The notes under the pieces are model-generated. The model saw only the letters and a list, made by a program, of their open reading frames with translations. It ran no database searches and had not been told where the DNA came from. From contig OZ024745.1 in assembly GCA_964016885.1 (NCBI GenBank), forward strand, positions 86,986,001 to 87,050,000: a stretch of 64,000 nucleotides of DNA. Direction: 5' to 3'. Each line of letters opens with the position of its first letter. The stretch's first letter is position 1. The stretch comes from Eledone cirrhosa (taxonomy: Eukaryota). Positions 37,601 to 49,692 of the stretch are shown here, one piece after another. A program made the position numbers and the translations under genes.

Positions 37601-38085
37601 GAGCTCTACCAGTTCGAGACAAGCTCTACAGACATGGGCGCCCGGGCAGGGACCCTGCAAAAAAGATCTGTCCGAGGTGCGTGCGAGACGAAGAAACCGT
37701 CGCGCACGCATTCATACACTGCCCGGGCGTCACTGACCTGTGGGGATATGTAGAACGACTATTGTCGCGGGTGGGACCAATCCAGTTGACCACCGAGTCC
37801 ATTGTCATGATCAAACCGCCACCCTCCTTCAAAAACGAAGGAGAGGCGGTTTTCCTTTGTGTGATAGCTATGGCGAAAGAGGTTGTATGGTGGACAAGGT
37901 TGAAAGGGCTGAGGTCAGACACCTTTCTCTCCGGCCAACAACTGATTCTTTTTTTCAAATACCACTTTGGAAGAAGAATCAGGATGGAGAGAGAGGTGCT
38001 GTACCGCAGCAAGTTTTATGAAAGGTGGGTGAAAGTGGCGAGAATGGCCCGAGTGAATGGGCCTTCTCTCTATATCAGCCTGTAG
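34648..38085 (+). CDS. ORF2p, AP-endonuclease / reverse transcriptase (1145 aa)
   Basis: All APE, RT (FRPITLLN, QGCPLS, YADD) and C-terminal CCHC motifs intact. Confidence 0.97.
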   Translation: MANIRVGCVNVRGLGMPWKQGKLLNDLRSHSLDVVAICESRIHGERQLAPIFDDFEIYASLCQPGGGGGVAVLLRKHLGLVTQTVHLDPEGRLVVLDVDGSEGGAFRLVAAYAPSGTPRPDFFKRLETFLGTSRSLLLVGDWNGILDARWDYVGACPDKGGCNSLKQLIDRFDLADRYRLDFPTAPLWTWSNRSGTSRSYLDRVLVRNKDRDMLSCPQMFMVAYSDHKLVTCMANLDRTHRQGPGYWKLNLSLPTSKAYSRRISTLVKQHLTGAIVNNRWWYSLKRAVRLDSIVFSKELALDRNRTEKELVDKVEEAIRSGNVASVLATRTALDQFFDAKHEGCVVRSKIRALGNEGAKAVSWARVTEAKSGNKSTIRSLKDQNGRVIREPKQMCAAFQRHFARLFGGSGAPGEAMDFGPYLDGLPRLSDSEAKFCEKPISATEIGDALSQCGKRKSPGLDGLPYEFYVAMPDLFSGLLEAVYCNWQQNGRIPSSVTGGVVTLIRKDENKGDDIGNFRPITLLNTELQILAKVLAKRLALVVENLVGEAQTCAIPTRSIHDNLHLMRYIIERVGCKPGFGGALINLDQSKAFDRVDHRYLDAVLEAAGFGPVFRGWIAAMHNSNICSRVKVNGYLSEPFHITRSIRQGCPLSSLLYVLTLEPLLRKLELLQGIPLEPGLRKAASAYADDVTVMVSSASQIEKVGTLLKEYESLTGAKLNRDKSIGLQLGSWRGRPMPSDGVVGRWTEGPVKLLGVWFGPDLQVEKNWNEVTAKVFALTQKWAECKLSLKGRAEVANTFIASAIYYRLTVVPCPAKTLAKMERALFRFLWKRRAPLVRRSICCQHPSNGGLGMPWLTMRKHALRLRHLYVFLTGQPVWAPFVRRAFPRLVSLTELQSWVKQRPRKMGDWHIECAQALTALWQADPAISGDSTSSFYRGLVRSKCDDALGETLGVEEDELASLFGRTFRPGPMDNFQKSLAWQCYRGALPVRDKLYRHGRPGRDPAKKICPRCVRDEETVAHAFIHCPGVTDLWGYVERLLSRVGPIQLTTESIVMIKPPPSFKNEGEAVFLCVIAMAKEVVWWTRLKGLRSDTFLSGQQLILFFKYHFGRRIRMEREVLYRSKFYERWVKVARMARVNGPSLYISL

Positions 38086-38323
38086 ATTGAGGAAAAGGAG
38101 GAGGAGAGGAAAGGAGTACAAGCTCTTCGTACTCCTGGAGATGAGGGTTGCACATTTTTTCGGGGGTATGTGTTACCCATATAAACTGTCTCCCTCTATT
38201 GGGGAAAATCGACTAACTTTTAAATTCCATCTGTGATAACATTTTACACGTTTTTATTGTATGTAAACTTCCCCCTTTGTATTTGTCCCCTTCTTTTGTG
38301 CCCCTGTGGCTAATAAAGAAATA

Positions 38324-38381
<58 letters not shown>

Positions 38382-38426
38382 GCTATCTAGCTATCTATCT
38401 ATCTATCTATCTATGTCTCTTTCTGT

Positions 38427-41400
38427 CTGACGCGTGAAACATCGCCGGTAAGATTTTTTGTAAATTTATATACGAAAATCAGAACAAATTGTTTGAAAAA
38501 ACATATTATTTTGTAGATTAACCCCCAAGCTGAATTGTCAGCTGAGTAGTAATCCCATTTTTTGCCCCTTTAGAGGCAAAAGTTTAATTTAAAAATTGTT
38601 TTAAAATATCAAATTTTGCCAACAATAAAACATGAATAACACGAAGGGAACGCTGGAGAACGTCAATAGAGAAAATAGAGAGAAAGAGGCAGATTTCAAC
38701 GTTATATCTGCTTCTGCTACTATGGACGTCGCCATAGATACGACTGTCAACAAAGAGGAACAAATATTACCACTCGAAAATTGTACGATTTCTACCGTCG
38801 AAGCGGAGAAAAATAACACTAACTCACATGAATGAAAACAAAGAAATTAAACCTACTAACATACATACACATGAAAAGGACATCAACGACTCCATAAATA
38901 CATCTACACATAAGGTTTCACCTCGTCAAGGAACTGAGATTTCCAACACCGGGGCTAACAACGATAACAACAGCAACAACAACAGCAACATCACACAAAA
39001 AAAGAAAATGTCTTTCGCTAAAACAGTGAACAAAAAACAAGATTTTATAAATCTTGACATCTCCAATGCAAGAGATATGCTCCAGCAAGGGAGAAAATTT
39101 GTAACTTCGAAGAGAAAGGTGGATTTAGAATTAACTCACCCCTTGAAATAAAGCAAGACACAGTTCGAAGATCAGTCACCTTTAGGACTGTGTCCAATTC
39201 CACGAGAAAGCCGATATTTGTTAGTCAAGCAGATATAGAAGCTAGTTTCAAGGAAATTCTAGCAAATATCGATTTTCTCCAACGAGGAAAACAGTACGGA
39301 AGTGTTTCCGTACTGTTTAAAAGCGAGGCACTCGCCCTAAAATATTCTGTGACACCAATGGTGTCAAAAGCATTCAGCTTTTTCCCTACATACATGGGAA
39401 AAAAGGATACAAAAAAATATATATATACCCCCAAACATTAACATCTGGTGGATCTTGGCTGGCTTCGAAGAGCCAGAAACTGATATGATTCTTTCGATAC
39501 GAAAGTCTATTCGACAAAGGTGGGCGGGTACTGATTTGGAGATTCTATTGCAAATGAGCCCGGAGAGAATCTCAAAAATACCCGAAAGAGTCGTCATCGA
39601 TGATAACAACAAAATAAACATTTCGGTAGAAGGACGAACATTTCATTGCTTTCGCTGTGGTAGCACAGCACACCTAAAAAACACTACAAAAACACCAACA
39701 CAAAAACAACCACCACCACCACCACAAGTACAACGACAGATGAAACGAGCAATCACACCAAAACAAACAGACACTCAACCACAACAGAAAAAACAGAGAC
39801 AACACCCCTGAAGAACACAGCCCCACCCCATCCCACTACATCAAACACTACCACAAACACACACACCGAAACACCACCACCACCACACAACATACCCTAC
39901 CCCACACACCTGACGATGATTATTCATCGACGGATGAAGCTGCTTCTCCTTCTTTAAGTGAAGAAGAGGGAGAGCCGCGGAAATCTAAAAAACAAAAAAA
40001 GAGACACCACAAAACCCCCAAAACTACAATCACCAACACCAACACACAACCACAGACACAAACAACAACAGTCAAATATTCCCCTATCAGCAAAAACAAC
40101 ACCAACACCACCCCAAACACAAGCACCCTCCATAAAAAGAAAACTCCCGGACGAACAACAAACTAAAATAACACAACAAAAACACAAACAACAATACGCA
40201 TACATCAACACAAACAACAAGAATTTGATGGATGTCATCACCCCAAACCCCAAGGTGGAGACGGAGGGCAAAACTTTCGTCAAGGCAGAATCGTCTCCAC
40301 ACCTTAAACTTATAAGGGTTTCTATGGAAACCTATAATGACCTGAAAAATAAATTTTCACAGGACGTGGGCAACCCCTGCCAGAAACCCATCAACCGCGT
40401 CCTGTTAAAATGTTTCCCCACTCCACCCAATACCCCCTCCAGCACCCAAATGGAGATCGAACAACCCGATCTCCAGGAAACGAAAAGATAAGTGCACCTT
40501 TTCGTTCTTTTTCTCCAACTCATCTTCACCCACATGGCTAGTTTACGAGTTGGAAGTGTGAATGTTCGTGTCCTAGGGATACCCTGGAAACAGGGCCCAC
40601 TTTTAAACGACCTTAAGTCACACGGTATGGATGTGATAGCCATCACCGAGTCCAGAATCCACAACAGGCAGCAACTAACCACCATCTTCGACGACTTTGA
40701 GATCTACGCATCGCTCTGTCAGCCAGGATGTGGTGGGGGAGTGGCTGTCATGTTTCGGAAGAACCTGGACGTCGAAGTACAGACAGTACACTTGGATCCG
40801 GAGGTAGACTGGTAGTCCTAGACGTGAACAGTATTGGAGGTGGAGCTTCAGACTGGTGGCCGTTTATGCCCCGACCGGGCAATCGCAATCACGGCCAGAC
40901 TTCTTTAAGCGTCTAGAGTCTTTTCTGGGAACGTCCCGCTCCTTACTTTTAGTGGGGGACTGGAATGGTATCCTAGATGCACGATGGCACTATGTGGGAA
41001 CATGTCCCAGTAAAGGGGGGTGCAACAGCCTCTAAACTTTAATCGGCCAATTCCAACTGGCCTATAGGTATCGACTGGATTTCCCGACTGCACCACAGTG
41101 GACGTGTACAAGCCATAGCGTGACATCTAGATCGTATTTAGATAGGTTCTTCATTAGAGAAAGGGACAAGGAGATGTTAAGCTATCCACGAATGGAAATG
41201 GTTGTCTATTCAGATCACAAATTAGTCGTCTGCATAGTCAACCGTGACAGAACACATAAACAGTGGAAGCTGAACGTGTCGTTGCCGACACGCAAAGCTT
41301 ACAGTGAACGGATAAGTAGACTAGTCAAGCAACAGTTAACAGGAGCCATCGTCAACAATAGATGGTGGTACTCTCTCAAGAAAGCAATTAGAGTAGAATC

Positions 41401-43379
41401 GATAGGGTTTAGCAGAGAGTTAGCCTTAGAGCAAAACACAATATAAAGAGAACTAGTAGCCAAGGTAGAGGAGGCACTTAGAAGTGGCAATGCGGCTAGA
41501 GTGTTAGCGTCGAGAACGGCACTGGACCAGTTCTTCGATGCGAAACATGAAGGCTGCGTGGTCAGAAGCAAAACACGTGCTCTAGGAAATGAAGGAGCGA
41601 AAGCTGTCAGCTGGGCCTGAGTGGCGGAGGCAAAAAGTGGCAACAAGTCCACGATTCGGTCTTTGAAAGATCAAAACGGGCGCGTGCTACTTGAGCCCAA
41701 GCAAATGTGTGCGGCCTTTCAGCAGCATTTTGCGCGACTGTTTGACCAGAACGATGATGAGCCGAACGAGGCAATGGACTTTGGTTCATACCTCGACGGC
41801 AGGCCGTCGAGGTATGCGAACACGGACGGCGAGTTTTGCGATAGACCAATCACGGACACTGGGCCGCTGCGGGAAACGCAAGTCACCCGGTCTAAATGGT
41901 CTACCTTATGAGTTTTAAATAGGCATGCCGGACGGAAGCTGGACGGACGTACCCGTGAAATTGCTCGGGGTCTGGTTCGGGCCAGACCTCCAGGTGGAGA
42001 AAAAGTGGAACGAGGTCACGGACAAGTGGTTTGCACTCACCCAGAAGTGGGCAGAATGCAAACTGTATTTGAAAGGTCGAGCGGAGCTGGCGAACACTTT
42101 CATAGCGTCCGTCAACTACTACCGCTTGACTGTGGTGCCTTGTCCCCGTGAACACCTCGCCAAGATGGAACGCATGCTCTTCCAGTTTCTGTCGAAGAAG
42201 CAGGCTCCGCTGGTGAGGAGATACGTCTGCTGTCAGGACTCTTCTAACGGAGGGTTGAGAATGCCGTGGCTGATGATGCGCAAACATGCGCTGAGGCTGC
42301 GGCATCTCCAGGTATTCCTCACCGACCCCCAACCGGTGTGGGCACCGTTTGTGAGACAGGCTGTCCCATAGCTCGTCTCGCTGACGGAGCTGCAGTCCTG
42401 GGTCAAGAAAAGACCGAAAACGATGGGCGCCTGGCACATTGAATGCGCTCAGGCGCTCACAGTCCTCTGGCAAGCGGACCAGGCGATCAGTGGAGACTCC
42501 ACTTCGACATTCTATAGAGGGATTGTACGTTACAAGGGCGAAGACGTGCTCGGAGAGACTCTAGGCGTCGACGACAATGAGCTCACCCGTCTGTTTGGTA
42601 GGACTTTACGCCCGGAACCTATGGACAACTTCCTGAGGTCCCTGGCCTGGCAGTGCTACCGGGTAGATTTACCGGTTCGTAACAAGATCTACAGGCACGG
42701 ACGCCCCGACAGGGATCCTTCCAAGAGGACGTGTCCAAGATCCGCGCAGGACATTTAAACAGTCCTGCACGCAAGTGTACACTGCCCGTGCGTAACCGAC
42801 CTGTGGAACTATGCAGAACAACTGCTGTCGCGTATGGGACAAATCCAGTTGACCGCCGAGTCCATAGTAAGGATCAAACCGCCAGCCTCTTTCAAAAACG
42901 AAAGAGAGGCCTTTTCCTCTGTACGGTGGCTATGGTGAAATAAGTTATATGGTGGACGAGATTGAGAGGTCTGAGGACAGATGCCTTTCTCTCCCGACAA
43001 CAATTGATTTCCTTCTTTAAGTATCACTTTAGAAGGAGAATCAAAGTGGAGAGAGAGGCACTGCACCCCAGTAAATTTACTGAAAGGTGGGTGAATGAAG
43101 CGAAAATGGCTCGAGTGATTGAGTGTTCACTGTTGATAAGCCTGTAGGTTGAATAAGAGAGCAAAAGGAAGAAAGGAGCACTTGCACAACACGCTCCTAG
43201 AGTTGAGGGGTGTTCTATCGACGGGGTATTAAACAACCCATTTGTGGCGATTCCCCCTGTTGGGGATTTCGATTGTTGTAATTGTTTGTTTTTATATTTT
43301 TTAGACGACTGTATGTAAAATCACCGGCATGTCTTTGTATTGTCACATTTTCTTGTGCGCCCTTGTGGCAAATAAAGGA

Positions 43380-43380
<1 letters not shown>
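38427..43380 (+). pseudogene. Tx1-like unit E6 (family C): 5' end present, decayed, RT core deleted
   Basis: ORF1 remnants 38632-40491, ORF2 ATG at 40534 (MASLRVGSVNV) to 43147; ~800 bp including YADD missing at ~41933. Confidence 0.9.
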
Positions 43381-43452
<72 letters not shown>

Positions 43453-43453
43453 C

Positions 43454-46400
43454 CAGACGTGTGCAACTTCGCGGAGAAGTTTCCGTTAATTTATGTAAGA
43501 AAGAAACGTGAGTTTTCAGTTATATTTTATATTATTGTGTAACTTGACCCCCCGTCTGGACCTTCAGGTGGTGGGTCAACTCATTTTCGCCCCTACAGGG
43601 CAGAAATATTCGTTTGAAAATTTTTTTCTACATCGAATTTGGGAAAAAATATCGTAAGAAGTTTGATTACATTATGAACGCTACGTTCGACAATAATGTT
43701 GGTGGATAGTCGGTAAGACTACATAGCTCGCAGTCAACATCGTCTTCTTCCCATTGCTTCTCAATAGATACTATGGAGATGGAAAGACGAAATGAAATTG
43801 TAAAAACAAATTCATATCCAAACAACACAAATGACACTAAACAGTACAATGACAACAAAAATAACAACAACACCAATAATTATGATAAAAACAACAATGA
43901 CAACAACAACAAAGAAAAAAATAAAGACAACACCAATAATACCAGCATCAAAGACAACAACAACACCAAGGAAAATACGAACAATATCAACATCAGTGAC
44001 AACAAGAATAACAACAACAATAACAACAATAATGACAACACCACCAACACGGATAATTCCACAAAGAAACCAAAAATCTCCTTTGCACAGACAGTTCAGA
44101 AAAAGGAGGAACTGACAAATCTCGACATAACAAATGCCGAACAACTTTTAAAGGACGCTGGGAGATATGTTACTTTCGAAAAGAATGGTGCTTTCAGCAT
44201 CAATTCTCCGGTAGAAATTCGCAAGGAAACTGCTCTCAAACGATAGTTTTTAGGACAGTTTCCAATTCTACCCGAAAACCAGTCCAATTGTCACAGAAAG
44301 AAATTGAACTGGTTTTCAAAAATTCAATGAATGACATTTCATTCATTCAAAGAAGCAAACTCTTTGGGAGTATTTCGGTACTCATGAAGGATCAATTGAC
44401 GGCCCAAACTTACTCTGTATCGCCAATTATATCCAAACTGTATACCTTTTCCCCTACATACATGGGAAAAGGACACAAAAGATTAGAATCACGAGTGTCA
44501 CACCAAAGGTAAACATATGGTGGATACTGTGCGGCTTCATCAATTTTGATGAAGACAGAATACTTTCTGTAGGAAAGTCCCCCAGAGTGTATTCAATGGG
44601 ACTAGCGTTGAAGTTCTGGTGCAAATGAGCCCAGAGCGAATAGCTATGATCCCACAACGTGTACTCCTGGACGGACTTAACTACATACACTTTTCGGTTG
44701 AGGGTAGCCGGCTTTCATGTTACCACTGCTTTAGCAGGGGTCACCTGAGGTCTTCCTGTCCTAAATTAATGAGTAAAAAAAGGGCGATGGATTGGCAGTA
44801 TCGGTAGAGGGTCGGACGCCATGCTTTCCAGCATAGTTACGTCCCTTTACGATCTGAGTTCAAATCCCGCCGAGGTTGACTTTGCCTTTCATCCTTACGG
44901 GGTCGATAAAATAAAGTACCAGTAATGCACTGGGTAATTGCTGGCCTTGTGCCAAAAGTAGAAACAATTAATGAGTAAAAAAAGACTCTTCTGCCGACAC
45001 CCATCAAAATAACACAACCACCAACACCACCACCACAACAAAAACACCAACACACAAAAATAACCACACAAACACAGTCCCACCCAACCCCACTCCACCT
45101 AAAACCACTGCAAAATCACATACAGACACAACAGCTCCCCAAGACATACCCCTCCCCAATCACACAGACGATACAACAGATGAGGCTATCTCGCCATCAC
45201 CTAGTGAAGACGAGGGAGAACCCCATCGCTCGAAAAGAAAGAAAAGACATCACAAAAGCAAAAAACTAGCAAACACTACCACAAACATACAACCACCAAC
45301 ACAAACAACAAAAACATCACAAACAAAACCCCCACCTCCTGAAAACAAAATATCTACAACAAAACGAAAGCACACACAAGAACTACAGACAAAAACAAAC
45401 ACAGCACAAGAAAATTACACTTACATAAACTGAAAACAAAACACTAATGGAACACATCTCAAAGAACAATTCGGTGAAAACCGAAGGGAAAACTTTCGCC
45501 CACTCTATTAAAAATAACAAAAAACTGAACCTAAAATTGATTACAAACTTATAGGTCCCCAAAAGAAACATTTGAAAAGGATGTGGGGAATTCCTGCGTG
45601 AAACCACTTAACCACGTCCTTCTCAAATGTCTCCCCACATCAGACACCCTCATCCCACCAGTCCCCACCCCACCAAACATCTCCGTCCCCACCCCACCGG
45701 AAACCACCACCCACCCAGACAACCCCTCCAACACCCGCATGGAAATTGTGCAGCCTGGTCCCCAGGAGACGAAGGGTGAGTGATTTGGTTTCCTCTTTTA
45801 ACTTTTCAGCACCAACATGGCCAGTATAAGAGTTGGATGTGTGAACGTACGCGGCCTGGGGATGCCCTGGAAACAGGGCAAACACTTAAACGACCTCAGG
45901 TCGCACAGTATGGATGTAGTAGCCATTTGCGAGTCCAGGATCCACAGCGAGCGACAGCTAGCCCCCATATTCGATGACTTTGAGATCTACGCATCACTCT
46001 GTCGGCCGGGGGGTGGGGGCGGGGTTGCCGTTTTGCTGCGCAAACACCTGGGCCTCTTAACACAGACGGTACATCTAGACCCGGAGGGTCGACTGGTGGT
46101 CCTAGACGTAGACGGTAGTGAAGGTGGAGCCTTCAGGCTGGTGCCTGCATATGCCCCATCCGGGACACCGCGGCCAGACTTCTTCAAACGTCTAGACTTT
46201 TCTGGGAACGTCCCGCTCCTTGATTTTAGTGGGGGACTGGAATGGATTCCTAGATTCACGTTGGGACTATGTGGGAGCATGCCCCGATAAAGGGGTGTGT
46301 AACAGCCTCAAACAGTTAATCGACCGATTTGACCTGGCCGATAGATATCGACTAGATTTTCCGACTGTGCCACTGTGGACGTGGACTAATCGCTGCGGAA

Positions 46401-49335
46401 CATCTAGATCATACCTAGATAGGGTTCTAGTTAGAAATAAGGATAGGGACATGTTAAGATGTCCACAAATGTTCATGGTTGCCTATTCAAAACACAAACT
46501 AGTGACCTGCATGGCCAACCTTCATATAACACATAGACAAGGACCCGGCTACTGGAAGCTGAACTTGTCATTACCGTCATGCAAAGCCTACAGTAGACGG
46601 ATTATCACTTTAGTTAAACAGCACCTGCCAGGGGCCATTGTCAACAACACATGGTGGTACTCTCTCAAGAGGGCAGTTAGATTAGACTCGTTAGTTTTTA
46701 GTAAAGAATTAGCCTTAGAGAGAAATAGAACCGAGAAGGAACTGGTAGATAAAGTAGAAGAGGCAATTAGAAGTGGAAACGTAGCCAGCGTGCTAGCAAC
46801 GGGAACGGCCTTGGACCAGTTCTTCGACGCAAAGCACGAGGGCTGCGTTGTCAGAAGCAAAATACGTGATATGGGAAACGAGGGAGCCAAAGCTGTTAGC
46901 TGGGCCCGAGTGACGGAGGCAAAAAGTGGCAACAAGTCCACGATTCGGTCTTTGAAGGACCAAGACACACGCGCGATACGTGAGCCGAAGCAGATGTGTG
47001 CGGCCTTTCAGCGGCACTTTGCTCAACTGTTCGGGCAGGGCGGCGCGCCGGGAGGGTCTATGGATTTCGGTCCATACCTCGACGGCCTACCGCGACTCTC
47101 GGACAGCGAGGCGAAGTTCTGCGAAAAGCCGATTTCAGCCGCTGAGATAGGGGACGCGCTGAGCCAATGCGGCAAACGCAAATCTCCAGGTCTCGACGGT
47201 CTACCCTACGAATTTTACGTAGCAATGCCGGACTTATTCTACGGTCTCCTGGAAGCGGTCTACTGCAACTAGCAACAGAACGGGAGAATTCCCAGTTCTG
47301 TGACCGGGGGCGTAGTCACACTAGTCAGGAAGGGCGAGAATAAGGGGGATGACATAGGCAACATCCGGCCCATAACTCTGCTAAACACAGAGTTACAGAT
47401 TTTGGCCAAGGTGTTGGGAAAGAGGCTGGCGTTTGACGTCGAGAACCTGGTGGGAGAAGCGCAGACATGCGCAATCCCGACCAGGTCCATACACGACAAC
47501 CTCCATCTTATGCGCTACATCATAGAGAGGGTAGGGTGTTAACCCGGCTTCGATGGGGCCCTGTTCAACTTGGATCAGTCTAAGGCTTTCGATAAGGTTG
47601 ACCATCGTTACCTGGATGCGGTGCTCGAGGCGGCAGGCTTCGGACCCGTGTTCAGGGCTGGATTGCTGCAATGCACAACAGCAACATCTGCTCAAGGGTC
47701 AAGGTGAACGGCTACTTCTCGGAGCCGTTCCATTTCACGCGATCTATTCGACAGGGATGCCCTCTTTCCTTCCTTCTGTACGTACTGACTCTCGAGCCAC
47801 TACTGCGGAAGTTGGAGCTATTGCAGAGCATCCCTCTGGAACCGGGACTACGGAAAACAGTTATGGTGTCGAGCGCCACGCAAATCGAGGAAGTCGGCAC
47901 CTTACTGAAGGAATACGAAAGTTTCACAGGAGCGAAGCTCAACCGGGATAAGTCCATCGGTTTGCAACTCGGATCGTGGAGAGGCAAACCGATGCCTTCC
48001 GATGGCGTCGTCGGACGCTGGACGGAAGGACTGGTAATGCTGCTTGGGGTCTGGTTTGGTCCGGACCTCCAGGTGGTGAAGAACTTTTATAGCGTCCGCC
48101 ATCTACTACCACTTGACCGTCGTGCCTTGCCCTGCTAAAACGCTCACCAAAATGGAGCGCGCGCTCTTCCAATTCCTTTGGCTCCTTTGGTGGGAAGATC
48201 CATCTGCTGCCAACACCCTTCCAACGGAGGGCTGGGGTTGCCAGGCTGACGATGCGCAAACCAGCGCTCAGGCTGCGGCATTTCTACGTATTCCCCACCG
48301 GACAACCGGTGTGGGCCTCGTTCGTGAGGCGAGCCTTCCCACGACTCATCTCGCTGACCGAGCTGCAGTCCTGGTCAAGCATAGACCGAGGAAAATGGGC
48401 GACTAGCACATCGAATGTGCTCAGGCGCTCACAGCTCTCTGGCAGGCGGACCAGGCGATCAGTGGAGACTCCACTTCGTCATTCTATAGACGGTTGATCC
48501 GCAGCAAGTGTGACGACGCGCTCGGAGAAGCTCTAGGCGTAGAGGAAGATGAACTGGCCAGTCTATTCGGTAGGACCTTCCGCCCGGGACCGATGGACAA
48601 CTTCCAAAAGTCCCTGGCCTGGCAGTGCTACCGAGGAGCTCTACCAGTTCGAGACAAACTCTACAGACATGGGCGCCCGGGCAGGGACCCTGCAAAAAAA
48701 TTCTGCCCGAGGTGCGTGCGAGACGAAGATACCGTCGCGCACGCATTCATACACTGCTCGGGCGTCACTGACCTGTGGGGCTATGTAGAACGACTATTGT
48801 CGCGGGTGGGAACAATCCGGTTGACCACCGAGTCCATTGTCATGATCAAACCGCCACCCTCCTTCAAAAACGAGGGAGAGGCGGTTTTCCTTTGTGTGAT
48901 AGCTATGGCGAAAGAGGTTGTATGGTGGATAAGGTTGAAAGGGCTGAGGTCAGACACCTTTCTCTCCGGCCAACAACTGATTCTTTTGAATCAGGATGGT
49001 GAGAGAGGTGCTGTACCCCAGGAAGTTTTATGAAAGGTGGGTGAAAGTGGTGAGAATGGCCCGAGTGAATAGGCCTTCTCTCTACATCAGCCTGTAAGTT
49101 GAGGAAAAGGAGGAGGAGAGGAAAGGAGTACAAACTCCTCGTACTCCTGGAGATGAGGGTTGCACATTTTTTCGGGAGTACGTGTTACCCATATGAACTG
49201 TCTCCACCTATTGTGGAAAATCGACTAATTTTTAAATTGCATTTGTGCTAATATTTTACACGTTTTTATTGTATGTAAACTTCCCGCTTTGTATTTGTCC
49301 TCTTCTTTTGTGCCCCTGTGGCTAATAAAGGAACA
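43454..49335 (+). pseudogene. Tx1-like unit E7 (family A), full-length but decayed
   Basis: Same 5' end CAGACGTGTG; ORF1 43674-45783 and ORF2 45817-49097 with stops and frameshifts; SINE insertion in ORF1. Confidence 0.93.
44783..44965 (+). mobile_element. tRNA-derived SINE (short subfamily) inserted in E7 ORF1
   Basis: 19-bp TSD AATTAATGAGTAAAAAAAG at 44764-44782 and 44966-44984; nearly identical to the copy at 56873-57053. Confidence 0.93.
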
Positions 49336-49358
49336 TATCTATCTATCTATCTATCTAT

Positions 49359-49534
49359 TTGAGGTTTGTTCTATCTACGGGGTATAAAGCAAACCATTTG
49401 TAACGCCTCCCCCCTATTGGGGATTTCCATTGTTATATTTTCATGTTAAAACCTTTTTACACGTCTGCATGTAAAATCCCCGCCATATGTCTTTGTATTG
49501 TCCCCTTTTCTTGTGCACCCTTGTGGCAAAGAAA
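49359..49534 (+). mobile_element. Tx1-like unit E8: 3' UTR-only insertion (C/D-like)
   Basis: CCCCTATTGGGG, ATGTAAAATCCCCG, CCCTTGTGGCAAAGAAA, between (CTAT)n tracts. Confidence 0.82.
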
Positions 49535-49561
49535 TCTATCTATCTATTTATCTATCTATCT

Positions 49562-49679
49562 ATGGGATATTACAAGACGTGACGGCGGGAGTTTTACATT
49601 GTTAAAGAATTATGTAAAACCCCCGTCGTCACGTCTTGTAATGTCCCATTTTTGTACGCCCTTGTGGCAAATAAAGAAA
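49562..49679 (+). mobile_element. Fold-back mini-element derived from the Tx1-like 3' end (copy 2)
   Basis: 38-bp inverted arms 49562-49599 / 49612-49649, then CCCTTGTGGCAAATAAAGAAA and (CTAT)n. Confidence 0.8.
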
Positions 49680-49692
49680 TCTATCTATCTAT

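Larger units (their letters stand above)
32479..38323 (+). mobile_element. Tx1-like unit E5 (family A), full length, best candidate for an active copy
   Basis: Starts 5902 bp after E4 and is near-identical to it; AATAAA at 38312-38317; ~90-bp (CTAT)n tail. Confidence 0.97.
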
